Below, one piece after another: positions 29,605 through 39,116 of a DNA stretch of 64,000 nt. Where the stretch lies: assembly GCA_965226245.1 (NCBI GenBank), contig CBDDCL010000015.1:2038515-2102514 (forward strand), in the 5' to 3' direction. The position numbers and the translations under genes are program-made. Below the pieces are notes generated by a model. It searched no databases. It had not been told where the DNA came from and saw only the letters and a program-made list of their open reading frames with translations. The DNA comes from Bryobacterales bacterium (lineage in GTDB: Bacteria; Acidobacteriota; Terriglobia; Bryobacterales; UBA6623). Position 1 is the stretch's first letter. Each line of letters starts with the position of its first letter.

Positions 29605-30504
29605 TTACCCTGCACGCGGCGTGAAGCGAATCGACAGAGCCCCGTGCTCGGTGTCGACTTGGATCGGATGGCTACTGTCTTCAGGCAGCCGGGCGGAGCG
29701 AATGCTGCTGTTCGAGAGGAATTCGGGAATTGTGTGGTTGCTGGTTCCTGGCAGCGACGACTTGAGGTTCCCGACAATCATGTTCGTGACTTCGATCAGG
29801 ACATCCTGGATTTGACCTCGTTTGAGACGCCTGGCGTCCACGTCAAACATCCTTGCCGTCAACTCGTTTGCCAGCTTCTTGTCAAACCGCACCCGAATCG
29901 TTCCTTGCCAAACGCCCGTGACGTCACTCGAGGTCGTGAACGTCGCGACGGTGCATCGGCTCGAATCTGGCGGCAACACTTGCAGCTCAGGCCCGCCTAT
30001 CGTGAGAAGAATTTCGCGAGCCGTAGCAAGCGCCGCGCTCTCCATGTGTTTCTGCCAGCGCCGCGACTGCATCGAGGCAATGGGCAGCGTTTGGGGAACA
30101 GACGTGGAAGGGCTGCTTTCAAGAGTTGCTTGCACCGCCGACACCACCGACTTGGGGTTGTCGTAGGGCTTGATCACAATGTCCTTGACGCCGATATCCA
30201 ACAAGTGGTCGCGGAAAGCGGGCAGCACTTCTGAGGTGACCGCAACAATATTGGCTTTCGGTGCAGCCGCCACAAGTGCTTCGGCAATCTCCTGACCGCG
30301 TCCGTCGACACGGTCCAAATCAAGGGTCACGACGGCGGGCTGGTGACGCTCGTAGCCACGCACGGCATCCGCGGTGGTTCTTGCCTCAAAGACGGCAAAG
30401 CCCCTTTTCTCAAGCTCACGGCGGACGAGTGTTTGAGTCAGCCAGTTGTCGTCGACCACAAGGGCGACCGGCTTCATTTTCTGTTCTACGGCTGCTGTTT
30501 TCAT
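29605..30504 (-). CDS. response regulator receiver domain fused to a CheX-like C-terminal domain
   Basis: KPVALVVDDN...TLDLD receiver pattern. The start is placed at M26 because the first 25 ORF codons lie inside a dispersed repeat. Confidence 0.6.
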   Translation of the reverse strand: MKTAAVEQKMKPVALVVDDNWLTQTLVRRELEKRGFAVFEARTTADAVRGYERHQPAVVTLDLDRVDGRGQEIAEALVAAAPKANIVAVTSEVLPAFRDHLLDIGVKDIVIKPYDNPKSVVSAVQATLESSPSTSVPQTLPIASMQSRRWQKHMESAALATAREILLTIGGPELQVLPPDSSRCTVATFTTSSDVTGVWQGTIRVRFDKKLANELTARMFDVDARRLKRGQIQDVLIEVTNMIVGNLKSSLPGTSNHTIPEFLSNSSIRSARLPEDSSHPIQVDTEHGALSIRFTPRAG

Positions 30505-30564
30505 GAAGAGTTCTCCCTCGCTGAGGGGATCGGCTGCTTGCGGAGGTTTCATTAGTACCGGCAT

Positions 30565-30698
30565 CATGAAATTCGCCACAAACGTGGCACAAAATTCAGG
30601 AGCCGACTCGGAGCCCCGACCGTGAGGGAGGGGTTAGCCGCTACGACGCGCCTCATCCGCCAGCGGCCACGCTCCCCTCTCTGGTTGCGGCTCGTCGG
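30565..30698 (+). repeat. dispersed ~95-140-nt hairpin repeat, copy A
   Basis: Core GGAGCCCCGACCGTGAGGGAGGGGTTAGCCGC...CGCTCCCCTCT(C/T)TGGTTGCGGCTCGTC. Also found at 44037, 47136 and 51256. Confidence 0.85.
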
Positions 30699-30906
30699 CA
30701 TTAGGGAGGCCGGGGCCGGCGTGCGGAGTTTTTCCCCAGATTCAGGCCCACGACAAACGGTCCGCCACCTGTGACTCTCACTCCCGCGGCGGGCGGCTGT
30801 TGCACACCTCGACGCCCGCCTCGCCCAGGGCGCCCATCGCTGCATACAATACAGACAGACTCAAGACCCGCTGCACGGATTCCCCAACCCAGCCCAGAAG
30901 CCTCCG

Positions 30907-32418
30907 ATGACAATCAATAGGATTTACTTGATCTGTCTGATTGCCGGAAGCTCATTATTATTACTTCCATTTTTCTTCATTCAAATACCCCCCCTCCAGG
31001 ATTATCCGAATCATCTCGCGCGTGTCCATGTACTGACGCAAATCCACGCGTCCCCGGCTCTGCAGGAGTATTACAAAGTCCAATGGACTCCGCTGCCAAA
31101 TCTGGCAATGGACCTAATTGTTCCCTTCTTGGCGCTTTTCGCGCCGCTCGAGACGGCCGGACGATGGTTTTGCGCGGCGGTATTGTTGTCCACCGTGCCC
31201 GCTGTAACTGCTCTGTCTTTTGCCCTTCACAAGAAGCTTTCGTTGTGGCCTCTTTTCAGCATGCTGTTCGTTTACAACTCCGTATTTACGTTCGGTTTCT
31301 TGAACTACCTGCTGGGTCTCAATCTGGCCCTTGCCGCAACCGCTTTGTGGATTCTTTTGCGCGAAAAGCCCGCGGGCCGAACGGCGCCTGTATTCGCGCT
31401 GGTATCCATAGTCATTTATTTCGTTCATCTGTCGGCGTTGGGAGTCTACGCCCTGCTTCTCTTCGGGTACGAACTATCGGCTTACCTTGAGACCCGGCGG
31501 GAGGGATTGGCCTTCAACAGAGCTGTCTGGGCCGTGGGACTGTCGCAGTTCCTCTTGCCGGCCGCGATGTTTGTGGCCTTCAGTCCAACCTTTCGGCTCA
31601 ATCTTGGCTCCTCCGGAGTCTTTGATCCCTGGAGTAAGATACAGGGCGTCTACGGTGTTCTCAACAGCGGCCACCCGGCCTTGGACCTGCTCAGCTTCCT
31701 CATCGTCGGAACGTTACTGCTGGGCGGCGCGGTGCTGGGAAAATTGACGCTTCACAAACGCGCGGCCGCCGCCTTCTGGGTGCTGATGATTTGCTTTGTC
31801 GCCGCCCCTGAAGTGCTGTTCGGATCGGGATACGCCAGTTACCGGCTGCCGATCGCGATTGTACTTTTCCTGGTTGCCGCTGCGGACTGGCGAGCCATGC
31901 CGAAGGCAGTTTCCGGCTTGCTGTTCACCACGTTGGCTGCGCTATTCGTAGTCCGAGTCGGCGCGATCGCTCAGGACTGGCGCGCTTTTGACCATGATCA
32001 CAGGGAGGTGATGGAAGCGTTCGAATCCGTCACGGAGAAAAGCCGCATCTTGCCTTACGTGGTGAACGAGGGCTCGTACGACTTTCTCGCCAAGCCGCCG
32101 CTCCAGCATTTGGCTACGCTGGCGGTGATTCAGCGTTCCGCCTTTGTCCCGACCTTGTTTGGGGACCCGGGCAAGCAGCCGCTTGGAATCCGTGACAAAT
32201 ATCAGGGCATTGCTCGAGATGTCCCGCGGGATATTGTTCCCAAGGAGCGGTTCTCGACCTCGCTCGATGATCCGGACAACCCGTTTCACGAAAGCCGGGT
32301 AGCGGGTTTTGACTACGTTCTGTTGTTTGCGATGAAGCCGTTATCGTTCGCCGTCCCCAGTTCGTTTAGCGAGATAGCGGACGGGGACAAGTTTATTCTC
32401 TACCGGCTTAACCCCTAG
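30907..32418 (+). CDS. polytopic integral membrane protein, function unknown
   Basis: 503 aa with more than 10 hydrophobic helices. No motif recognised. Confidence 0.6.
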   Translation: MTINRIYLICLIAGSSLLLLPFFFIQIPPLQDYPNHLARVHVLTQIHASPALQEYYKVQWTPLPNLAMDLIVPFLALFAPLETAGRWFCAAVLLSTVPAVTALSFALHKKLSLWPLFSMLFVYNSVFTFGFLNYLLGLNLALAATALWILLREKPAGRTAPVFALVSIVIYFVHLSALGVYALLLFGYELSAYLETRREGLAFNRAVWAVGLSQFLLPAAMFVAFSPTFRLNLGSSGVFDPWSKIQGVYGVLNSGHPALDLLSFLIVGTLLLGGAVLGKLTLHKRAAAAFWVLMICFVAAPEVLFGSGYASYRLPIAIVLFLVAAADWRAMPKAVSGLLFTTLAALFVVRVGAIAQDWRAFDHDHREVMEAFESVTEKSRILPYVVNEGSYDFLAKPPLQHLATLAVIQRSAFVPTLFGDPGKQPLGIRDKYQGIARDVPRDIVPKERFSTSLDDPDNPFHESRVAGFDYVLLFAMKPLSFAVPSSFSEIADGDKFILYRLNP

Positions 32419-32534
32419 CCCATTCACGTCAATGGATGCTCCGCACAGCGACGCGGTGCGGAAACAGTACGGCGAGTAAAGTAACGGCGGGCCTGTCGCG
32501 CGCTTCGACCGTCATGCGGCGGGAAACGCGAGTG

Positions 32535-35201
32535 CTAGCCGATATCGAAGTGCTCGCGGTGCAGCGAGACGTCGCTGCGGACAAGAACGTGCCCTCGCAA
32601 GATCTGCTCGATCTCTTGAAGATAGTTGTTGTCACGGGACTTCAGCTTACGGGCAACTTCCTGGTTGACACGCAGTGTGATGTCCTTCTGTGGCTCTTTT
32701 GAGGTGGCCATTTTTCTGGCTTCGCTCAAGACTTCCTGAATCACGGTTTGCACTGACTTCACGGTGGCGGAGCCGTGACAATAGGGACACGGCGTGCAGA
32801 GCGCCCGCTCCAGAGACTGCTTGACACGCTTGCGGGTGATGGCGACCAGGCCGAATTCGTTGAAGGGCAGAAACTTGGACGGGGCCATGTCCGCTCTCAA
32901 ATCTTTCTCGAGCGCGGCCAATACTTGTTGCCGGTTCGAGCGGTCTTCCATGTCGATGAAATCGACGACAATGATGCCGCCAAGATCGCGAATCCGAAGC
33001 TGGCGGACAATCTCTTTGACGGCTTCCAGATTGGTATTGACGATCGTATCTTCCAGCCGGTCGGACTTGCCGACGTACTTGCCCGTGTTGACATCAATGG
33101 CAACCAGCGCTTCGGTCTGATTGATGACGATGTAGCCCCCGGATTTCAGCCACACCTTGGGGCGCAAGGCCTTGGCCAGCTCCGCCGTAATGTTGAACTG
33201 ATCGAACATCGGCTTGCTTCGGGTGTAGAGTTTGACGCCCTTGAGCAAATCGGGCTGGAAGCGTTCCACAAACCGCAGGATTCGCTCATATTCCTCTTCT
33301 CCGTCCACCCAGATGGTCTTGAAGTCATCTCCAACCCGGTCTCGCAGAACTCGCTCGACAACGTCGTCGTCATGGTGCAGCAGGGCCGGCGCGGGACTGC
33401 TTTCGGACCGATCGCGAATGTCGAGCCACTGGTTGTAAAGGAACAGCATGTCTCCGCGAACGTCTTCTTCGCTGACTCCCTCGCCCGCTGTTCGCACGAT
33501 AAAACCGCCCGGCATGCCGGTGCGGTGCGTCTGAACGATCTTTCGCAAGCGAACGCGTTCCTTGTCGGAGGAAATCTTCCTGGATACACCGATGTGATCC
33601 ACCGTCGGCATGTAGACCAGAAAGCGGCCCGGCAAGGCAATATGCGAGGTGATGCGGGCGCCTTTTCTGCCGAGGGGTTCTTTGGCGATCTGGACCAGAA
33701 CCTCCTGACCTTTCGCGAGCAGATCGGTAATCTTTCGACCCGCGCCTCCGTGGCTTGTACCTGATTCGGTTGCCGGAGTGGCGTCCGTGGAGGATTCTCT
33801 TTCAGGCTGTTCCCTTTGACGTTGCGAACGCCGCCGGCCGCGCCGGCCGCGGCGGTGAACGTAGCCCGACGACCCGGAACGTCCCTGGACGCCTGCTTCG
33901 CTGGGAGAACGGCCGTTGTCAGCAGAGTCATCGGCCTCCGCAGCGTCCTCCGGCGGCTGGGAATCGTCCGAGCCGTCGGGCGCTGCTACGCCGTTGCCGT
34001 TGACCGAGCCCGAAGCTTCGCCTTCGCCAGAGCCCTGATCCTCGTCTGAATCGGGTATGGGGAGGCCGGGATACGCCGGGAAGGCATGCCGCCCGCCGTC
34101 AGATTCAAAGGGCTGGGGCGGTTTTTCCGGTTCGCCGGGCCCCGCCGCTGCTGTAACCTCGGCGGGTTCCTCGTGGGAAGGCGATGCGGTTGTCCGAGAC
34201 TCGGGGTCTTCGGCCCCCGGAGCGAAATGGCCGGTTTCCGTATCGTTTGCCGCGGTGGCAAGTGATGTTTCCTCCTCCGCCGGCTCGTCGCGAGCGTCCC
34301 CGGACCCATCGGTTTCCTCGGGTTCGTGCCCGGCCTCCGCGACCAGCGGTTCGTCGGCTCCCGCGTTCTGTTCCAGCTCGGGGGGAGCCGGGGATTCTCC
34401 CTGCTCCGCATCGGTGGTGTCAGTCACTGAGCCGGCGACAAGGGTTCGTTCGTTTGACTCCGGCGAAACACTGGGTGCGGCATCGAGGTCTTGCGTCTCG
34501 TTGCCGCTGGTGATTGTGGCGGCTTCTGTGATTGTCGCGGCTTCTGGATGATCTTTGCTTTCTGGCCGAGACTCGATCGCACCCGGATCCGAGACATCGC
34601 TGTATTTCGCCAATGACTCGCCGGGGAGCACGACGAACCCGGATTCCGCCGCGAGGTCCGGGTCTGAAGCCTCGTCCGAGGCTTTCTTTTCCCGCGAAAT
34701 GTCTACGGCGGATTGCTCTTCCGTCCCGACGCCGGCGTACTTGGCAGCCGGGAAACCCGAGCCTCGCCCCCGGCGGCGCCTCGACCGGCGGCCCCGCTTG
34801 TCCCGCCTTCCCGGCTTGCTCTCGTCCGCACGGGCTCGGCTCTCTTGTACCGAACCGTCCTCCTGAGCGGAAGCCCCAGCGGCGGCCGCCGGCGCCGGCT
34901 CAGGAGGCTCCTGGGGTTCCCGGTCGCGCCCCGCGGCGGGGACTGCCGAAACCTGGTCGAACTCTTCATCACTTTCATCGAAGAAGTCCGACACGTAGAG
35001 AAAGGCGTCTCTGTCGAGCCCGATATTGACAAACGCCGACTGCATCCCCGGCAGGACTCGAGTAACGCGTCCTTTGTAGACGCTGCCGGCCAGGGCGTGC
35101 TGGGACTCGTTTTCGATGTGAAGTTCAACAAGCTGGTCCTGCTCCAGGATGGCCAGCCGGGTTTCGTGCGGTGACGAATGGACTATGAGCTCTTTCGACA
35201 C
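32535..35201 (-). CDS. Rne/Rng family ribonuclease with ~415-aa acidic low-complexity insertion
   Basis: S1 start (VYKGRVTRVLPGMQSAFVNIG), catalytic core (ALVAIDVNTG...GGIIVVDFIDM), and a Zn-link CPYCHG. Confidence 0.9.
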   Translation of the reverse strand: MSKELIVHSSPHETRLAILEQDQLVELHIENESQHALAGSVYKGRVTRVLPGMQSAFVNIGLDRDAFLYVSDFFDESDEEFDQVSAVPAAGRDREPQEPPEPAPAAAAGASAQEDGSVQESRARADESKPGRRDKRGRRSRRRRGRGSGFPAAKYAGVGTEEQSAVDISREKKASDEASDPDLAAESGFVVLPGESLAKYSDVSDPGAIESRPESKDHPEAATITEAATITSGNETQDLDAAPSVSPESNERTLVAGSVTDTTDAEQGESPAPPELEQNAGADEPLVAEAGHEPEETDGSGDARDEPAEEETSLATAANDTETGHFAPGAEDPESRTTASPSHEEPAEVTAAAGPGEPEKPPQPFESDGGRHAFPAYPGLPIPDSDEDQGSGEGEASGSVNGNGVAAPDGSDDSQPPEDAAEADDSADNGRSPSEAGVQGRSGSSGYVHRRGRRGRRRSQRQREQPERESSTDATPATESGTSHGGAGRKITDLLAKGQEVLVQIAKEPLGRKGARITSHIALPGRFLVYMPTVDHIGVSRKISSDKERVRLRKIVQTHRTGMPGGFIVRTAGEGVSEEDVRGDMLFLYNQWLDIRDRSESSPAPALLHHDDDVVERVLRDRVGDDFKTIWVDGEEEYERILRFVERFQPDLLKGVKLYTRSKPMFDQFNITAELAKALRPKVWLKSGGYIVINQTEALVAIDVNTGKYVGKSDRLEDTIVNTNLEAVKEIVRQLRIRDLGGIIVVDFIDMEDRSNRQQVLAALEKDLRADMAPSKFLPFNEFGLVAITRKRVKQSLERALCTPCPYCHGSATVKSVQTVIQEVLSEARKMATSKEPQKDITLRVNQEVARKLKSRDNNYLQEIEQILRGHVLVRSDVSLHREHFDIG

Positions 35202-35566
35202 GGAATTCCTCCGTTGGGGAGGAGCGTCTGAGAGCTGGTCGTGCGGATCAGTTGCCGGTTCAGTCGTTCGGTTCCAGCGAAGCGGCCTCTCGCGCGTGAT
35301 CGAAATGTGCGAAGCGATGTCTCAAATCAATCTCGGACGACTTGCACGTGCGCAAGCTTCAAAAAATCTTTTGGCCGGCCGCCAAGCGGAGCGCGCGCGT
35401 AAAGTTGCGCTCAACGCTTCGGAGCCGAAGGACGACCCTCCGCTCCAGCGGTCTCAGGGCGTACGTCCTTCCCTTCTACTCTCGGTATTCTCAATCGAGC
35501 CCGGCAAAAATCGCCCGGACCCGCAAATCAGACTTAGCGGGCATCCAGCCCGCCGTCAAGAAACCA

Positions 35567-36658
35567 TCAGTTGGTGAACCGCCGAAGCCGGACGTTATTC
35601 ACCAGGCCCAGCAGCATAAACGTAGCCAGCAGGTTCGACCCTCCGTAGCTCATCAAGGGCAACGGGAGGCCGGTGACCGGCATTCGTCCGATGACCATAC
35701 CGATGTTTACCAGCAAATGAAACAACAGCAGCGCGCCGACGCCCATACAGATGTACATCCCCGCACTGTCCGCCGAGGTTCGGGCGTTTCCGACGATCTT
35801 CATCAATATCGCGAAGTACAATGTCAGGACCAGAGTGACCCCGACAAAACCTGTCTCCTCGGCGTAGGCGGAAAAAATAAAATCCGTATGCGGAACCGGC
35901 AGGAACCTCAGCTGCGTTTGCGACCCCCGCGAAAATCCGGAGCCCCAAACGCCGCCCGCGCCCACGGCAATCTTTGACTGGATCGGCTGATAGCCTGAAC
36001 CACGCGGATCCCGTTCCGGATCCATGAAGGTGATCAGCCGCTCCTTCTGATAAGGCTCCAGATACTGCCACGCTAGCGGCAGCATCAGAGCGCCTGCCAG
36101 CGCCAAAACCAGCACGTATTTCCAGCGCAAACCCGCAACGAACACACCCATGAACAGAATCGGCGCGTAACTGAGGGCCGTACTCAAATCCGGCTGCCTC
36201 GCAACCAGAAACATGGGTACCGCGAACAAACCCGCGATCTTCAGCAGATTCTTGACCGAAACACGCTCTGGATGCAGCTCCGAAAAAAACCTTGCCATCA
36301 ACAATACTAGCACCACTTTCACGAACTCCGACACCTGCAGCGTCGCACCTCCAGGCATGGGAAGCCAGCGCCGCGCGCCTCCAATGACCTCGCCTAGAAC
36401 CATGATCAGCAGCAACAGAGCCACGGCGATAACGTAAAAGGCCGGAGCATGGTGGATCAAAATGTTGTAGTCAATAGCGGAGAAGACCCACAGCATTATC
36501 AGGCCCAGGCCGATCCACATCATCTGCTTGAGGTGCGCCTCCTGCCAGGGTGTATTGCGTGTTGCGCTGTAAATTTCCAGCAAGCCGAGAATCGTGATCG
36601 CCATCGTGATCCCGAGAAGGGCCCAGTCGACATCACGAGCCGAGTAGTGCCGGATCAA
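35567..36658 (-). CDS. rodA: rod shape-determining protein RodA (SEDS family)
   Basis: FtsW/RodA/SpoVE pattern. 4-nt overlap with mrdA. Confidence 0.9.
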   Translation of the reverse strand: MIRHYSARDVDWALLGITMAITILGLLEIYSATRNTPWQEAHLKQMMWIGLGLIMLWVFSAIDYNILIHHAPAFYVIAVALLLLIMVLGEVIGGARRWLPMPGGATLQVSEFVKVVLVLLMARFFSELHPERVSVKNLLKIAGLFAVPMFLVARQPDLSTALSYAPILFMGVFVAGLRWKYVLVLALAGALMLPLAWQYLEPYQKERLITFMDPERDPRGSGYQPIQSKIAVGAGGVWGSGFSRGSQTQLRFLPVPHTDFIFSAYAEETGFVGVTLVLTLYFAILMKIVGNARTSADSAGMYICMGVGALLLFHLLVNIGMVIGRMPVTGLPLPLMSYGGSNLLATFMLLGLVNNVRLRRFTN

Positions 36659-38541
36659 GGTCCGTCCCTCCCCGGCGCCGGCGCCGAAAAGTTGCTGGCT
36701 GTCTGTTCGGGCGTGGATGTGCTTTTCCGCTGGCTCCAGCGCGTCCGCTGCTTCTTGTCGAAGTAGGCCTTGATGACATCCCGCACAATCGGGGCGGCGA
36801 TGGAGCCATGTTCACCGTGTTCGTGGAGCGCTACGACGACAATCTCGGGGGCCTCGCAGGGTGCAAACCCGACGAACCAAGCGTTGTCCTTCGAAGCTTC
36901 CTCATCGTGGTCTTTTGCGTATTGCCTTGATACCACCTGAGCCGTCCCCGTCTTGCCGCAGACGTCATAGCCCGGGATTCTGGAGCGCACTCCCGTACCG
37001 GCTTCGTTGACGACACCCCATAACCCCCTGACGATTTCCCGGACAGCGCTTGGGTCCAGCTCGGCACGCCGGGGCGCGGGCGGCTGGAAATCTTGACGTA
37101 TCGATTGCATTTCGTCGTGAGGAACCAAGTGCGGCTGATGCCATTCACCGCCCAGCGCCAGTCCCCCCATTGCCGAAGCGATCTGCAAAGGCGTGGTGGT
37201 AAGCGCTCCCTGTCCGATGGCGACCGAAATCGTCTCGCCGGCGTACCACTTTTCGCGGAAGAACCGTAGTTTCCAGCCCGTCGAGGGCACCGTTCCGTCT
37301 TCTTCATGAGGCAGGTCAATCCCTGTGGGCTCACCGAAACCGACCAGCATGGAAGTCTCCGCAATGGAATCGATTCCCAGACGGTTCCCCAGCGTATAGA
37401 AATAAACGTCGCAAGACTGCACGAGCGCGTCATGAAGCGTGACACGGCCGTGGCCGCCCTTCTTGTGGCAGCGGAAGTAGCGTCCATAGAAAGACGCTCC
37501 CCCTTTACAGACAACACTAAAATCCTTGTCCACTAACGGATTGCGGGCGGCGGCCAACGCCACGATCGGTTTGAATATCGACCCCGGCGCCAATTGCGCC
37601 TGAATCGGCCGATTCAGCATTGGCTTTTGGGGGTCGTTTACGAGTTGCCGCCAGTCTTCCAAGCTAATACCGCCAACGAACTTGTTGGGAAGGTAATTAG
37701 GCCTGCTCACCAGTGCCAGAACGTCGCCGTTTCCGGGATCGAGGGCAACCACCGCACCTGTCTTGCCTTCCATCGCCAGCTCCGAGACCACTTGCAAGTC
37801 GAGGTCGATCGTCAAGCGTATGCCGCGGCCCGGTTTGGCCTCGACGTTTCCCCTGACTTCCCGCTCCCGGCCCAGGCTATCGACTACCACGACCCGCCGG
37901 CCGTCCGTCCCGCTCAAGACGTCGTTGTACTGGCGTTCGATGCCAGCCTTGCCGACCTCGGCCCCCGGTTCGTAGAGTGCGAACTCAAGCTGCTCGAGTT
38001 CGGCATCGCTGATTTCACCAACGTAGCCAACAACGTGCGAAGCCAAACCGTCTTTGGGATACAGCCGCTTTTGGGAGCGGATCAGCTCCAGCTCCGGGAA
38101 CTCCGCGCGGTGGGACTCCACGAACGCAACGTCGCCCGGGGCCAGATTTTCTTTCAGAATGACCGCTTGGTACTCAGGCGCATTCGACGTGCGCAGCCGC
38201 CGAAGCTGAGTGTGCAACTGCTCGTAGGGAATATTCAATCCCTCGGCGATCAACGGGAGGTTTTCTGCCCGCATGGCGGCTCGCGAAAGAAGAACTTTGA
38301 ATGTCGGACTGTTATCGACCAGAATTCGGCCGTCGCGGTCCATGATTTTGCCCCGCGGAGCTAGCAGCGGGAGTGATTTGATCCGGTTTCTTTCGGCACG
38401 GGCAGCGTAAACATCAGGACTCTGCACTTGCAACTGCCAGAAACCCGACAGCAGCAAAAGGCAAACAGCCGCCGAGACGAACTGAAAGGCCCCAACCTGC
38501 AAGTGCCCGGGTTTCCTCCTGCTGTTGGAGTGAAGGTTCAC
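36655..38541 (-). CDS. mrdA: penicillin-binding protein 2
   Basis: Transpeptidase motifs SIFK, SxN-like and KTGTA. Located between mreD and rodA. Confidence 0.9.
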   Translation of the reverse strand: MNLHSNSRRKPGHLQVGAFQFVSAAVCLLLLSGFWQLQVQSPDVYAARAERNRIKSLPLLAPRGKIMDRDGRILVDNSPTFKVLLSRAAMRAENLPLIAEGLNIPYEQLHTQLRRLRTSNAPEYQAVILKENLAPGDVAFVESHRAEFPELELIRSQKRLYPKDGLASHVVGYVGEISDAELEQLEFALYEPGAEVGKAGIERQYNDVLSGTDGRRVVVVDSLGREREVRGNVEAKPGRGIRLTIDLDLQVVSELAMEGKTGAVVALDPGNGDVLALVSRPNYLPNKFVGGISLEDWRQLVNDPQKPMLNRPIQAQLAPGSIFKPIVALAAARNPLVDKDFSVVCKGGASFYGRYFRCHKKGGHGRVTLHDALVQSCDVYFYTLGNRLGIDSIAETSMLVGFGEPTGIDLPHEEDGTVPSTGWKLRFFREKWYAGETISVAIGQGALTTTPLQIASAMGGLALGGEWHQPHLVPHDEMQSIRQDFQPPAPRRAELDPSAVREIVRGLWGVVNEAGTGVRSRIPGYDVCGKTGTAQVVSRQYAKDHDEEASKDNAWFVGFAPCEAPEIVVVALHEHGEHGSIAAPIVRDVIKAYFDKKQRTRWSQRKSTSTPEQTASNFSAPAPGRDGP

Positions 38542-39116
38542 GACGTTCTCTTAAGGCGATCCAGCAAACGGAAAACTGCCAGAGCCAGCCCGGCATGGGC
38601 CGCTGCCAGAATCAACATCAGTACGAGCTGTATCGAGATTTCGTTCCCTAACAACACCGTTTCCACGATCCAGAAGAGAACTTGATGAATCAGGAAGAAT
38701 AACGCGACGAGAACACTTCTGGCGCCCGGATAGTCGACTTCGATGAACAGGCTGGTTGTCCCGGCGAGGTAGCCAATCACCGTCTTGAGAATACCAAACA
38801 CTCCCACGGGACCATCCGTCAGGCTGTCTTGTGCCAGCCCGATTGCGGCTCCAATTAACAGGCCAGCGATAACGTTGCGGCGCATCAGCGCCAGATAAAC
38901 CACAACCAGCAATGGGAGATCGAGATTGCCAACGAAACCGAAGTATAGGGGGAGGTATACCTGCAAGGCCAGCGCGCTGATCACCGCTCCGACGGAAACG
39001 AGCGGTCCTAAGCTGCCGACATCACGCGCTATGACCGGGCCTCCGGCAGCTTGTATCACAGGTCTACTCTCATCCCGGGGAACGTCTTCACCGCGGAGCA
39101 GCGGCCGGCAGCACAT
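38538..39116 (-). CDS. mreD: rod shape-determining protein MreD
   Basis: Hydrophobic ~190-aa protein after mreC. The start is uncertain: ORF 38538..39317 overlaps the mreC 3' end, and ATG 39116 was chosen. Confidence 0.6.
   Translation of the reverse strand: MCCRPLLRGEDVPRDESRPVIQAAGGPVIARDVGSLGPLVSVGAVISALALQVYLPLYFGFVGNLDLPLLVVVYLALMRRNVIAGLLIGAAIGLAQDSLTDGPVGVFGILKTVIGYLAGTTSLFIEVDYPGARSVLVALFFLIHQVLFWIVETVLLGNEISIQLVLMLILAAAHAGLALAVFRLLDRLKRTS

Noticed and set aside
30583-30600. Sigma-54-like TGGCAC-N5-TTC in the 5' module of the dispersed repeat (also at 44056 and 47157)
   Set aside because: The -12 element lacks the GC (TTCA/TTCG instead of TTGC), and copies B and C have TGGCAG. This is more likely a chance resemblance within a repeat.
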